DNA from: Candidatus Bathyarchaeia archaeon | Lineage (GTDB): Archaea; Thermoproteota; Bathyarchaeia; Bathyarchaeales; Bathycorpusculaceae | Direction of reading: 5' to 3' | Assembly: GCA_050015395.1 (NCBI GenBank) | Contig: JBEKBM010000015.1 | Span: forward strand, 689 to 64,688 | DNA length: 64,000 nucleotides | Shown here: in pieces, positions 25,406-34,775 of the stretch | Position numbering within the stretch: the stretch's first letter is position 1 | Layout: every line of letters starts with the position of its first letter | The notes under the pieces: model-generated | What the model saw: the letters and a program-made list of their open reading frames with translations, nothing else | The model's database searches: none | Told to the model about the DNA's origin: nothing | Program-made: the position numbers and the translations under genes

Positions 25406-26434
25406 ATGGCTGAAGATATTTGGGTTCCGATGGATGGAGACACCTTCGTAACTAAAGACGGCTTCATACTCAACACTTTTGGATACGAGCATCCGGACGA
25501 CCGCGTTTTTGCATTTCTCAAGTACATTCCAGCGAAATTCAAAGAACTCTTTAACGTTGAAATGCTGGAGAGAACCTGGAAATTCGGCGAGAACCAGCTT
25601 TTCAGAGCAGAAAAACTCTACACGGCTAAAAACTACCAGACTTTCATTGAAGCCTTCCGCAAAAACTTTCCAGACTACCTGTACTACTGCCCTTTCCGAA
25701 ACAAGGAGTTAATAACTGCACCGTTCGAGTTAATCCAGCAGGTTTTTGTCCCTAAAGACCGTTTGGTCTGGCTGGAAAACCTGCCGAAACGTGATAAGCT
25801 GCAACAAATGGCTTTAGACCTCATCCATTTAATATCCAAAGAATCAAACGTGAGCTTAAGCGATTTTGGGGTTCACGGCTCCATCGCTTTGAACATGCAT
25901 GCGCCAGAATCAGACATAGACTTTGTTATTTACGGCACAGAAAACTTCCGCCTAGTAGAAGAAGCCATAGCAAGACTTGTTAACACTGGAAAACTAAGCT
26001 ACATTGTTGGCAACCGCTTGGAAGCCGCAAGAAAATTCCAAGGAAAATACCAAGGCAAAATATTCATGTACAATGCAACGCACAAGCCAGAAGAAGTCAA
26101 AGCGAAATATGGAGCGTATCGCTATATACCGCTTGACCCAGTGCTCTTCCAAGCCACTGTTTGCGATGACACTGAAACCATGTATCGGCCAGCCACCTAC
26201 AGAATCTCAGGCTACAAACCCCAAGACGACCAATCAGAACTTGACTTGGACAAAATTCCCACCCAAGTTGTCTCAAACATCGGCTGCTACAGAAATATCG
26301 CCCGCAAAGGCAGCGAAATCAAAGTCGCAGGCAAACTAGAAAGAGTCGAATCAACAACTTCAAACGAAGTCTTCTATCAAGTGGTTGTTGGAACAGCAAC
26401 CTCAGAGGAAGAATACATTTGGCCAACAACTTGA
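25406..26434 (+). CDS. Pol-beta-superfamily nucleotidyltransferase with OB-like C-terminal domain, paralogue 1
   Basis: [24 protein letters not shown] (hG[GS]...DhD NTase signature). N-terminal block [21 protein letters not shown] is shared with paralogues 2 and 3. The C-terminus is beta-rich. Confidence 0.8.
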   Translation: MAEDIWVPMDGDTFVTKDGFILNTFGYEHPDDRVFAFLKYIPAKFKELFNVEMLERTWKFGENQLFRAEKLYTAKNYQTFIEAFRKNFPDYLYYCPFRNKELITAPFELIQQVFVPKDRLVWLENLPKRDKLQQMALDLIHLISKESNVSLSDFGVHGSIALNMHAPESDIDFVIYGTENFRLVEEAIARLVNTGKLSYIVGNRLEAARKFQGKYQGKIFMYNATHKPEEVKAKYGAYRYIPLDPVLFQATVCDDTETMYRPATYRISGYKPQDDQSELDLDKIPTQVVSNIGCYRNIARKGSEIKVAGKLERVESTTSNEVFYQVVVGTATSEEEYIWPTT

Positions 26435-27492
26435 AACTTCGCGACCGCGATGCAATCCAGACAAGTGAAGGCTTAATCTTCCGCGTCTTCGGCTACTCCC
26501 ACCCACCAGACGCTTACATCTGCGATGCGGAATATGCTTCAGCAAACATTTTCGCGTCAACCGACCCGAGAGCGCCAAGAACCGGCAGAAACCAGCTTTA
26601 CTACAAGTTCTATAATGACGAAGGCATGAAGTTGGTAGCTAAGAAGTATCCTCAGTACTTGGTTTTTCATGAGATGCTTGGGCTAAAAATTGTGGGCGTA
26701 AACCAGAATGCTATCATGGAGGCAAGAAAACCTGAGGAGCAACTAGAGGCTTTGCTTGAGGCTGGGCCAACGGACGAGCTGCTGGGTGCAATGGAACGTG
26801 TGCTTAACATAGCAGTTGAAAATTCGGGGTTAAATGCGCGAAATTTTGGAGTTTTCGGCTCCATGCTTCATGGTTTCCATCACCCAAAGTTTTCAGACAT
26901 AGACCTGATAGTTTACGGCAAAAAAGAAAACTCCAAAATGAGAAAAACGCTTGAAGCACTATACGGCGATAAGAGTTCAGGGTTGCATAACGAGTTTGAG
27001 TCAGACCGAGCCATGGCGGGCAAGGAGTGGCGATTCAAAAATTTCACTGTTGAAGACTTCGTTTGGCATCAGCGAAGAAAGCAAATCTACGGTTTATACG
27101 ACGATAAAGCCAGTGGAAGAACCATAAAAGCCGAGCTTGAACCTGTAAAGACTTGGAGCGAAATCAAATCAGAATACGACCCCAAAACAAGAATCCAACA
27201 GAAAGGCTGGGTTAAACTCAAAGCACGCATAACAGCGGATGACGAAGCACCTTTCATTCCATCAATCTACGGCATTGAGCCAATGGAAGTGTTAAGCGGC
27301 GGACCAGAAGCGCTTGAAGCTAAGAGGATTTTCTCTTTCATGGAAGAGTTCCGTCAGCAAGCACAAAAAGGCGAAGTGGTAATTGTTGAAGGCAACCTCG
27401 AAAAAGTAGTGTCGCCAACAGAAAGCTTCCGTCAGGTTACTTTGACTTATTGCCCACGCTACTACGAGCAAACCTTGAAAGTGCTGCATTAA
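26419..27492 (+). CDS. Pol-beta-superfamily nucleotidyltransferase with OB-like C-terminal domain, paralogue 2
   Basis: [25 protein letters not shown]; N-terminal [21 protein letters not shown]. Start uncertain: TTG at 26419 or TTG at 26431. It overlaps paralogue 1. Confidence 0.8.
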   Translation: MANNLKLRDRDAIQTSEGLIFRVFGYSHPPDAYICDAEYASANIFASTDPRAPRTGRNQLYYKFYNDEGMKLVAKKYPQYLVFHEMLGLKIVGVNQNAIMEARKPEEQLEALLEAGPTDELLGAMERVLNIAVENSGLNARNFGVFGSMLHGFHHPKFSDIDLIVYGKKENSKMRKTLEALYGDKSSGLHNEFESDRAMAGKEWRFKNFTVEDFVWHQRRKQIYGLYDDKASGRTIKAELEPVKTWSEIKSEYDPKTRIQQKGWVKLKARITADDEAPFIPSIYGIEPMEVLSGGPEALEAKRIFSFMEEFRQQAQKGEVVIVEGNLEKVVSPTESFRQVTLTYCPRYYEQTLKVLH

Positions 27493-28508
27493 ACATGTGA
27501 CAGAACCATGTAATCCGACGGCTTATTGCCAAGAATCAAACGGTAATATTCGCCACCGCTTTTCTTATTGGTTACCAATTCAACTTTTCCCTGAGCCTCA
27601 ACCGCTTCACCGTTCTCTGCTTGTTCACAGAACCTGCCGCGGAAAGAAACAATCTCAATTATTGGCTGCAACTTGGGTCCTTCAACAATTCGGACATTTT
27701 CAACCTTGTAGGTGCAGGGTGTGAAAAGCGAATCGGTGCTGTCTGCTATTTTGGCTGTTATTTTTGCGTAGCCGCTGTTCTTGAAGCACACGTCCCCATA
27801 CTGCTCGTTTACTTCGCTCCAATCTTTCACAAAACGGATAAAATAGTCTGTTCCCATGAACTTGCCCTGAAATGCTTTGCTGCTTTCGACTAAAACGAAG
27901 TCTTCGAAGCTCATCTGGGTGTCTTTCGAACGGAAATCGAATAGCTCCTGCAGCTCCGCTCGTGTATAAGGCTTGAACCCCGAATCTTTGCTTTTAAGCA
28001 ATCTCTGCAACGCGGCGTAAGCTTTTCGGCAGTTATCAACACCGTAAACCAGCGGGTCAATGTCTGATTTCTCAGTTGTTAATCCTGCCATTATCGAGCC
28101 TGAAATGCCTATGCTGCTCCAAGGGATGTTCGCTTCTGCCTTTAGGGTTTCAGCCAGACGCACCGCCTTACTCTCTAATGTCGTAAGGTGCTTGGATAGT
28201 CGTAGTGACGCAAGCTTTTCTGGAGGCTGATAATGCTCAGCTATGTCTGCAATTGGGACTTCACAAAGCGTTTCACCAAAGACTGGGTCAAAAACTATGA
28301 GGTCAGGGTGATTTTGTTGCAGGTACTTGAATCTGTCACCAAGGCTGTACACTTTGCCGTAAGTGCCTTCTTTGCCTTGCCTTATGCCCTGTGGCGATGG
28401 AATAAAACGTGGAAACGCAATAATCTTGAACAGGGGGTGAACTAAGCCTTTAACATCAAAAACCACGTTACTTTTAGTCTTAATCAAGTCTCCTTCACGT
28501 GCCCTCAT
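27489..28508 (-). CDS. Pol-beta-superfamily nucleotidyltransferase with OB-like C-terminal domain, paralogue 3
   Basis: IGISGSIMAGLTTEKSDIDPLVYG; N-terminal EGDLIKTKSNVVFDVKGLVHP. It converges on paralogue 2 and shares a TTAA stop. Confidence 0.8.
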   Translation of the reverse strand: MRAREGDLIKTKSNVVFDVKGLVHPLFKIIAFPRFIPSPQGIRQGKEGTYGKVYSLGDRFKYLQQNHPDLIVFDPVFGETLCEVPIADIAEHYQPPEKLASLRLSKHLTTLESKAVRLAETLKAEANIPWSSIGISGSIMAGLTTEKSDIDPLVYGVDNCRKAYAALQRLLKSKDSGFKPYTRAELQELFDFRSKDTQMSFEDFVLVESSKAFQGKFMGTDYFIRFVKDWSEVNEQYGDVCFKNSGYAKITAKIADSTDSLFTPCTYKVENVRIVEGPKLQPIIEIVSFRGRFCEQAENGEAVEAQGKVELVTNKKSGGEYYRLILGNKPSDYMVLSHV

Positions 28509-28585
28509 CCAAATCCCCCTTACTTAAGCATAGACTACTTGTAGTTTTTCACAAACTTAAATAAACGTTTTTTGAACCACTTAAG

Positions 28586-29545
28586 ATGGACACGCCAATG
28601 AGCAACCAAGAAAAAGCACAACACATCTCAAAATGTTTACAACTAGCGATACTGCTTGAAGTCAGCGCAGAAAAACCAGGCAACGTCAACTTCACCACGG
28701 GCTTTGAGGGGACAACATGCCAGCATTTCTTGGCTTCAGCCATTGCTGCAGGACCATCCTTCCAAAAGGCTGCTTACCGTGGGGTTTCAGTGGCAGAAAA
28801 CAAACTTGGCATAAGCGAGGTTGGCTTGGGACAACTCATAAAGACCTGCGCCAGCGATGTTAATGCTTGGCAAAGGGGCGGAAACACCATCTTGGGCACA
28901 ATAATGCTTTTTGCGCCAATCGCTGTCGCCGCAGGCATGACGCCAACCAACAAAAATTACCTTTTTGATTTTTCTGTTTTGCGCAAAAACGTTGACTTGG
29001 CAGTTAAATCAACCACAGCGTTGGACTCAGTGCACCTCTATGAAGCAGTGGACATTGCCAGCCCAAGCGGTCTTAATGACGCGCCAGACCTTGACGTTAC
29101 CGACCCGCACTCCAAAGAGCGCTTAATAAAAGAGAATGTTACTTTGTATGAAGTTTTCAAAATCGCCTCAGCATACGATGACATTTGCGCTGAATGGGTA
29201 CACAATTACCCAGTAACATTCGACTTAGCTTATCCTTACTTGATTGAGCAGCTCAAAAGTAAACCTTTGAACATGGCAGTCGTTCACACATTCCTAAAAA
29301 TCCTCTCAGAACGCCCTGACACTTTTATAGCAAGAAAAGTAGGGAAAGAAAAAGCACAAGAAATATCGTCAGACGCTAAGGCTGTTTTGGAGCTTGGCGG
29401 ATTAGAAACCGAGAAAGGCAAAAAAAGCCTCACAGCATTTGACAAGAAACTACGGCTATCCCAAAACAAGTGCAATCCCGGAACTACCGCGGATTTAACA
29501 GCGGCTGCTTTGGCGCTTTGCACCCTTAGCGGATACAGGCCTTAG
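28586..29545 (+). CDS. citG: CitG/MdcB-family triphosphoribosyl-dephospho-CoA synthase homologue
   Basis: LAILLEVSAEKPGNVN matches the E(V)...KPG(L)V motif of the CitG family. About 320 aa, and the NPGTTADL region near the C-terminus is typical. A TATA-like ttaaataaa lies at 28557-28565, 21-29 nt upstream of the ATG. Confidence 0.75.
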   Translation: MDTPMSNQEKAQHISKCLQLAILLEVSAEKPGNVNFTTGFEGTTCQHFLASAIAAGPSFQKAAYRGVSVAENKLGISEVGLGQLIKTCASDVNAWQRGGNTILGTIMLFAPIAVAAGMTPTNKNYLFDFSVLRKNVDLAVKSTTALDSVHLYEAVDIASPSGLNDAPDLDVTDPHSKERLIKENVTLYEVFKIASAYDDICAEWVHNYPVTFDLAYPYLIEQLKSKPLNMAVVHTFLKILSERPDTFIARKVGKEKAQEISSDAKAVLELGGLETEKGKKSLTAFDKKLRLSQNKCNPGTTADLTAAALALCTLSGYRP

Positions 29546-29636
29546 GCTGAAGTTAGGGTTTTCTTTAACGTTAACTTTCTATAGTGGATGGCTTTTTTGG
29601 GAAGGTTTATGTGTTTTGTAAACAGTACTGTTTACA

Positions 29637-29864
29637 GTGACTGTGATGGCTCAGGTGCAACTTAGACTGCCAGAAAAAACGTTAGAAGAGATTGACCGTT
29701 GGGTAGCAGAAGGCAGGTTCAAAAGCCGAAGCGACGCTATTAAAAGCATCATTAGCTTCTATGAGGAACGGGAGAAAACACGCGAGTTCTACAAGATGCT
29801 GCTTAAGCGCAGCCAAGAAGCCAAAGAGCACCCTGAAACGCTTGTTTCCTTAGAGGAAGCGTAA
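29637..29864 (+). CDS. ribbon-helix-helix (CopG-type) antitoxin
   Basis: VQLRLPEKTLEEIDRWVAEGRFKSRSDAIKSII is a classic RHH pattern. The stop lies 1 nt before the toxin start. Confidence 0.75.
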   Translation: MTVMAQVQLRLPEKTLEEIDRWVAEGRFKSRSDAIKSIISFYEEREKTREFYKMLLKRSQEAKEHPETLVSLEEA

Positions 29865-29865
29865 C

Positions 29866-30133
29866 TTGCTATTTAAAGTGCTTATGCATCCTAAAGCTGC
29901 TAAGGCACTGCAAAAATCGGATGCGCCGGACAAGGTGAGAATAAATGAGGCGCTTAAGGAACTTGCTGGTGATCCAACGAAAGTTGGGAAACAATTGAAG
30001 CTTTCGGATTTTTGGAGTTTAAGGATAGGCGATTACTGTGCCATTTATGAAATTGATAGAGAAAAATCAGGTAGTGGTAATTTTCATTGGGCATCGAAAG
30101 AACGTTTATAATGACTTCTCAAAAATGTTATAG
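29866..30133 (+). pseudogene. relE: RelE/ParE-family toxin, frameshifted in an A5 run
   Basis: Frame 0 reads ...SLRIGDYCAIYEIDREKSGSGNFHWASKERL, then stop. The +1 frame from 30065 reads NQVVVIFIGHRKNVYNDFSKML, then stop. That is the canonical RelE C-terminus (h.h..IGHRK.VY). The shift is at gaaaaatc (30062-30066). The usual DYR is DYC here. Confidence 0.7.
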
Positions 30134-30757
30134 CAGAAAATGATAAAGGAAAAGTCGGCATGCAGAAGGCCAGTCGAGATGCTGATGCTCGGAAAGTCTT
30201 GAAGCAAATTGAAGCAAAGCAAGGGCTGGGGCTAACGCGTACAGTGATACTTTATTTTCCACCTTAAAATTTTTTCACGTTTTATGCATAAACATGATAG
30301 ATTTGTTTTCACTTGGGGTCATTAACCGCTTTGCGTTCGAACTTGAAAATTTGTAGACCTATTTTTGAAAACAATTTATTTGCGAGTTCCGATAAGATTA
30401 AATCTGTATCAGACTCACAGGTTATTCTCATGGATGTCAGCCAAGAGGAAAAGCAGCTAAGATGGCTTGAAGCAGCAAAAGCTCTCCAGCAAAAAGACAA
30501 CTTACTGCGAAGGTTATCCTGATTGATTTAAGCAGAAAAAAGCAAAAATAGTATAAGAAAACAAACTTGCACTAATAGATCTTGCTAAGTAAAATCATTT
30601 AAATCAACTAGGCGCATATTGAAGAATAGGGCTAGCCGTTGTGGTTGAAGTGGTTTTAGTTATTTCAGTCCTAGTTTATAGTGGGTATCGAAAAGGCAGA
30701 GTGCCTTAACTTGGTTTTTACGAGCCTTTGTAATGAGATAACGCAAAAAATAATGGG

Positions 30758-31333
30758 TTAAGTGTTTAGTTTTTTGAGAAGCCACGCCATGTTCCTTCCT
30801 AAATCTTTCATGGTTCGCATGCCTTCCTTGTCTTTTTCTACGTCGCCCTTGTTTCGTCCTATGCCAACGTTCCAATACGATGAGCCTGGAATAATCATTT
30901 GACTGATTAGGAAGAAGTGGTTTATCGCATCAAAAGTCGGTATTCCACCCGCCCTTCGCACTGCCACGACCGCAGCGCCCACCTTTCTCTTAAACAAATC
31001 AGAATTTGCTCGCGCAACGAATCCTGCACGGTCAATAAGCGCTTTCATTTCAGGAGACATCATCGAAAAATACGTGGGTGAACCAAGAATTATTCCATCT
31101 GCCTCAGCCATCTTCTCAATATACGTGTTAACGTTATCGTTTACAATTTTACATTGTTTATTTTTGAGTTTCCGGCAAGTTCCACATGCCATGCAACCGT
31201 GTATTTGCTTACCTGCTAGCTGAATTAGTTCAGTTTCTATTCCTTCTTTCTCAAGAACCTGAAAAACACGACGAATCAAAACCGCGGTATTACCGTCTTT
31301 TCTTGCACTCCCATTAAAAGCAATAACCTTCAT
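30758..31333 (-). CDS. iron-sulfur flavoprotein (Isf-like NADPH-dependent FMN reductase fold)
   Basis: [16 protein letters not shown] flavodoxin-like N-terminus plus the compact Cys cluster [15 protein letters not shown]. Confidence 0.8.
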   Translation of the reverse strand: MKVIAFNGSARKDGNTAVLIRRVFQVLEKEGIETELIQLAGKQIHGCMACGTCRKLKNKQCKIVNDNVNTYIEKMAEADGIILGSPTYFSMMSPEMKALIDRAGFVARANSDLFKRKVGAAVVAVRRAGGIPTFDAINHFFLISQMIIPGSSYWNVGIGRNKGDVEKDKEGMRTMKDLGRNMAWLLKKLNT

Positions 31334-31451
31334 TTTGAAGCCTCAATTGTATCTCTTAGCTTGGTATTAAAAAGTATTGTTAGAACTTTACGCTTTATTC
31401 ACTTGCGGAATTACCGTTGGTAGCTTTATAGTGTCACGTTTGAGGACAAGG

Positions 31452-32816
31452 CTAGTCAAAGTTGTATGCTTCTTCTCCATGCTGGCTAAGGTCTAAGCCG
31501 TCTTCTTCTTCTTTAGGACTTACTCTTAGTGGCGAGAAGAAATCTACTACTTTCAAAAGCGCGTAAGAACCGCAAAATGCAAAGGCAGACACGACTAATA
31601 CAGCGAGCACTTGGATGCCGAGCTGAGCAGCGTTGCCAGAGAATAATCCTTGCACGGCAGGATTAACTGCGGCGGTTGCGAATAAGCCTATTGCGACTGC
31701 GCCGATGATGCCGCCGATTCCGTGGCATGCGAAAACGTCTAATGTGTCATCTATTCTTGACCTGCCGGCTCGCCAGTTAGCCACCAAGTTGCAAACTATC
31801 CCTGCAACCAAACCAATAATCACTGCTGCAGTAAAATTAACGTAGCCCGAAGCTGCTGTAATGGCTGCCAAACCACATACCGCACCCACTGCAATGCCTA
31901 CTGCTGAAGGCTTACCCTTGATTAACCAATCCATTATCATCCAGCTTACGGCTGCGGCGGCGGCTGCCAAGTTGGTTGCCACAACGGCAGAGACAGCAAT
32001 GTTGTCGGCTGCTAATGCGCTGCCACCGTTGAAGCCGAACCAGCCGAACCACAGTAAGCCTGCGCCTAAAATTACGTAGGGAATGTTGGTTGGTTTAAAC
32101 TCAGTTGCCGCTGATGCTTGTTTGCTTGCGCCTTTTTGGTCTAAGGCTTTGAGTTGATCTTTCCAGTAAACGTAGCCTTTTCTTCTGCCAACAACAAGCG
32201 CCGCTGCCAATGCAGATAATCCTGCAGTCGTGTGTACAACTATGCCGCCTGCAAAATCCACCGCGCCCAAAACGTGTAACCACCCGTTGGGGTTCCACAT
32301 CCAACAAGCGATGGGCGAGTAAATGAAGGTTGACCACAAAACGACGAAGATCAGGAGTGATTTGAAACGGATTCTTTCTGCGCATGCGCCTATGATTAGT
32401 GCTGGTGTGATTGCGGCAAACTTAAGCTGGAACGCGAAGAATAGTATTTCTGGAATGGCTGGCGCGTTAGGGCTAACGGTATTTATGGTTATGCCGTTTA
32501 ATCCGACGAGAGACAAGTTGCCTATTATTCCACCTATGCTTGGTCCATAGACGAGGCTATAGCCCCAAAAGAACCATATGAGACTGACCACTGCAAAAAT
32601 GATGATGCATTGGACTAGCGTCGAGACAAGGTTCTTTCTTCGGACTAAGCCGCCGTAAAAGAAAGCTAAGGCTGGGGTCATTAGCATTACAAGAGTTGTT
32701 GACATTAGAACCCAAGCGATGTCTGCTGCTCCCACGTTTGTTCCCTCGATAGCGTTATTACAGCTTATTTGTTCTTCTTTCTTGGCAAAACTAATATTTA
32801 AACTATGCATTCGCAT
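31452..32816 (-). CDS. amt: ammonium transporter (Amt family)
   Basis: DIAWVLMSTTLVMLMTPALAFFYGGLVRRKN, VDFAGGIVVHTTAG and VFACHGIGGIIGA are Amt signatures. The N-terminal ~30 aa extension may reflect a mis-set start. Confidence 0.9.
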   Translation of the reverse strand: MRMHSLNISFAKKEEQISCNNAIEGTNVGAADIAWVLMSTTLVMLMTPALAFFYGGLVRRKNLVSTLVQCIIIFAVVSLIWFFWGYSLVYGPSIGGIIGNLSLVGLNGITINTVSPNAPAIPEILFFAFQLKFAAITPALIIGACAERIRFKSLLIFVVLWSTFIYSPIACWMWNPNGWLHVLGAVDFAGGIVVHTTAGLSALAAALVVGRRKGYVYWKDQLKALDQKGASKQASAATEFKPTNIPYVILGAGLLWFGWFGFNGGSALAADNIAVSAVVATNLAAAAAAVSWMIMDWLIKGKPSAVGIAVGAVCGLAAITAASGYVNFTAAVIIGLVAGIVCNLVANWRAGRSRIDDTLDVFACHGIGGIIGAVAIGLFATAAVNPAVQGLFSGNAAQLGIQVLAVLVVSAFAFCGSYALLKVVDFFSPLRVSPKEEEDGLDLSQHGEEAYNFD

Positions 32817-33015
32817 TGATTATTAGGCTAAATATTGATAAATGTCCAATTAACCGTTTATAATCCTGATATTCATAAAACATTTAGCTAAAAAAAGTTT
32901 GGTAATCGTAAACTTGTCCAAAAAATGGCGTTAATGCAATAGCTTGTCAAATAGCCTGTTAAGCCTAAAGGTTTCGGCTAATACAAAATAGAGAAAAAAG
33001 AGCCTTGGTTATGCT

Positions 33016-34287
33016 CTAATCTAGTTGAAAGGCCTCTTCGCCATGTTCGGCTAGGTCTAAACCTGCATCTTCTGCTTCCTCGCTAACACGTAGTGGCGAG
33101 AATACGTTCACAAATTTAAGCAGTAAGTAGGAACCGAAGAATGCAAACGGCACCACCACGCCAATTGCTACCAACTGAGCAACCAGTTGGCCCGGGTTTC
33201 CGAAGAATAAACCGCTTGCACCGTTTATCGCTGCTGATGCGAATAAGCCTGTTGCGATTGAACCCCAAATTCCGCCGACGCCATGGCATGCAAACACATC
33301 CAGTGCATCGTCTATTCGTGATCTGCCTGCTCTCCAGTTAGCCACCAAGTTGCAGATAACTCCTGCTACTAAACCAATTATTAATGCCGATGGTATGTTG
33401 ACGTAGCCTGATGCAGGAGTAATTGCAACTAATCCAACAACGGCGCCAGCAGCGATACCTACTGCTGATGGTTTCCCTTTAATTACCCAGTCTGCAAGCA
33501 TCCAGCTTATAGAGGAAGCCGCTGCTGCTAAGTTTGTAACTACAAGCGCTGAGACAGCTAAGTCGTTTGCGGCTAATGCGCTGCCAGCATTGAAGCCAAA
33601 CCAGCCAAACCACAGTAACGCTGCGCCTAGCAGTACATATGGGATGTTGGTTGGTTTGAATTCTGCTGCATGGTTTTTTTGATCCAAAGATTTCATATGA
33701 TTCTGCCATGGGACAGCGCATCCTTTTCTTCTGCCTACTACAACTGCTGCTGCTAACGCTGAAATGCCTGCTGAAATGTGTACTACTATGCCTCCTGCAA
33801 AGTCAATGGCGCCAAAGACGTGAAGCCAACCGGTTGGATTCCATACCCAGCAGGCTATTGGGCAATAGATAAGTGTAGACCAGAGTACCATGAAGATAAG
33901 TAGTGACTTGAATCGGAATCTTTCTGCGCAAGCTCCAATGATTAGTGCTGGTGTTATGGCTGCGAACTTGAGCTGGAATGCGAATTGTAATAGTTGAGGA
34001 ATTTGTGGTGCAAGTGCAGTGTTAACCGTATTTATGCTTAGGTCGTTCATGCCTAGTAGGCTTGGGCTCCAGCCGATCAAGCCGTTGACGCTGTTGCCGA
34101 ACACAAGGCAGTAGCCCCACAGTGCCCAGACTATGCTTACGACTGCGAATATTACGAAGCATTGAACAATTGTTGATACCAGGTTTTTCTTTCGCACTAG
34201 GCCTCCGTAGAAGAATCCTAGTGCTGGCGTCATTAGCATGACTAGTGCTGTTGCCGTTAGGACCCATGCTATGTCTCCTGCTGCCAT
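33016..34287 (-). CDS. amt: ammonium transporter (Amt family), paralogue
   Basis: The same signatures (DIAWVLTATALVMLMTPALGFFYGGLVRKKN; IDFAGGIVVHISAG; VFACHGVGGIWGS), collinear with the first copy. Confidence 0.9.
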   Translation of the reverse strand: MAAGDIAWVLTATALVMLMTPALGFFYGGLVRKKNLVSTIVQCFVIFAVVSIVWALWGYCLVFGNSVNGLIGWSPSLLGMNDLSINTVNTALAPQIPQLLQFAFQLKFAAITPALIIGACAERFRFKSLLIFMVLWSTLIYCPIACWVWNPTGWLHVFGAIDFAGGIVVHISAGISALAAAVVVGRRKGCAVPWQNHMKSLDQKNHAAEFKPTNIPYVLLGAALLWFGWFGFNAGSALAANDLAVSALVVTNLAAAASSISWMLADWVIKGKPSAVGIAAGAVVGLVAITPASGYVNIPSALIIGLVAGVICNLVANWRAGRSRIDDALDVFACHGVGGIWGSIATGLFASAAINGASGLFFGNPGQLVAQLVAIGVVVPFAFFGSYLLLKFVNVFSPLRVSEEAEDAGLDLAEHGEEAFQLD

Positions 34288-34775
34288 TTTTTATCTTCCT
34301 CTTTTTGACATTTGTTTACTTGTTTATTTTTTACCTGTACAGCTATTGTATAGTTATATTTAAAATATACGCATATGAAACATATTGTTGTTTAATGATG
34401 TACGTTTGTTTATTTTATCAATGTATCAGGTAATGTTCATCCAATTTTTCACCTAAATATAGCCTGATAATAAAAAATCGTTCAAAATTACGCCTATAAT
34501 TGAAAGTTTCTAAGCTATGGAAATAGGGAAGTTTCTGCAAACCTTGCACAAATTTACAGGTTTAAGTTAAAATAATGGAAAAAACTGCATAACAATTGGT
34601 ACGAGAAACCAGTTAGCATATTAAAAACCAAGCACCCGACTGTTGCACAAACCCCAGTAAGTTTCTTAATTCTATACAAACTTATTTCTAATTCTTAAAT
34701 CTGGTTAAAATTAAAAACCAGCGGTTCTTCTACATTACACAAAAACCTTATAACATTACAACCGATTCTTTTGGG

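Noticed and set aside
28509-28585. Direct acttaag repeats (28522 and 28579) in the divergent NTase3/CitG spacer, as a shared operator
   Set aside because: The heptamers are short in an AT-rich spacer and could occur by chance. They are noted only as context for the main finding.
30134-30660. Overlapping 63/69-aa ORFs on both strands and a possible 35-aa ORF after relE
   Set aside because: The ORFs are mutually antisense, and none has a motif or start context. I treat the region as non-coding spacer.
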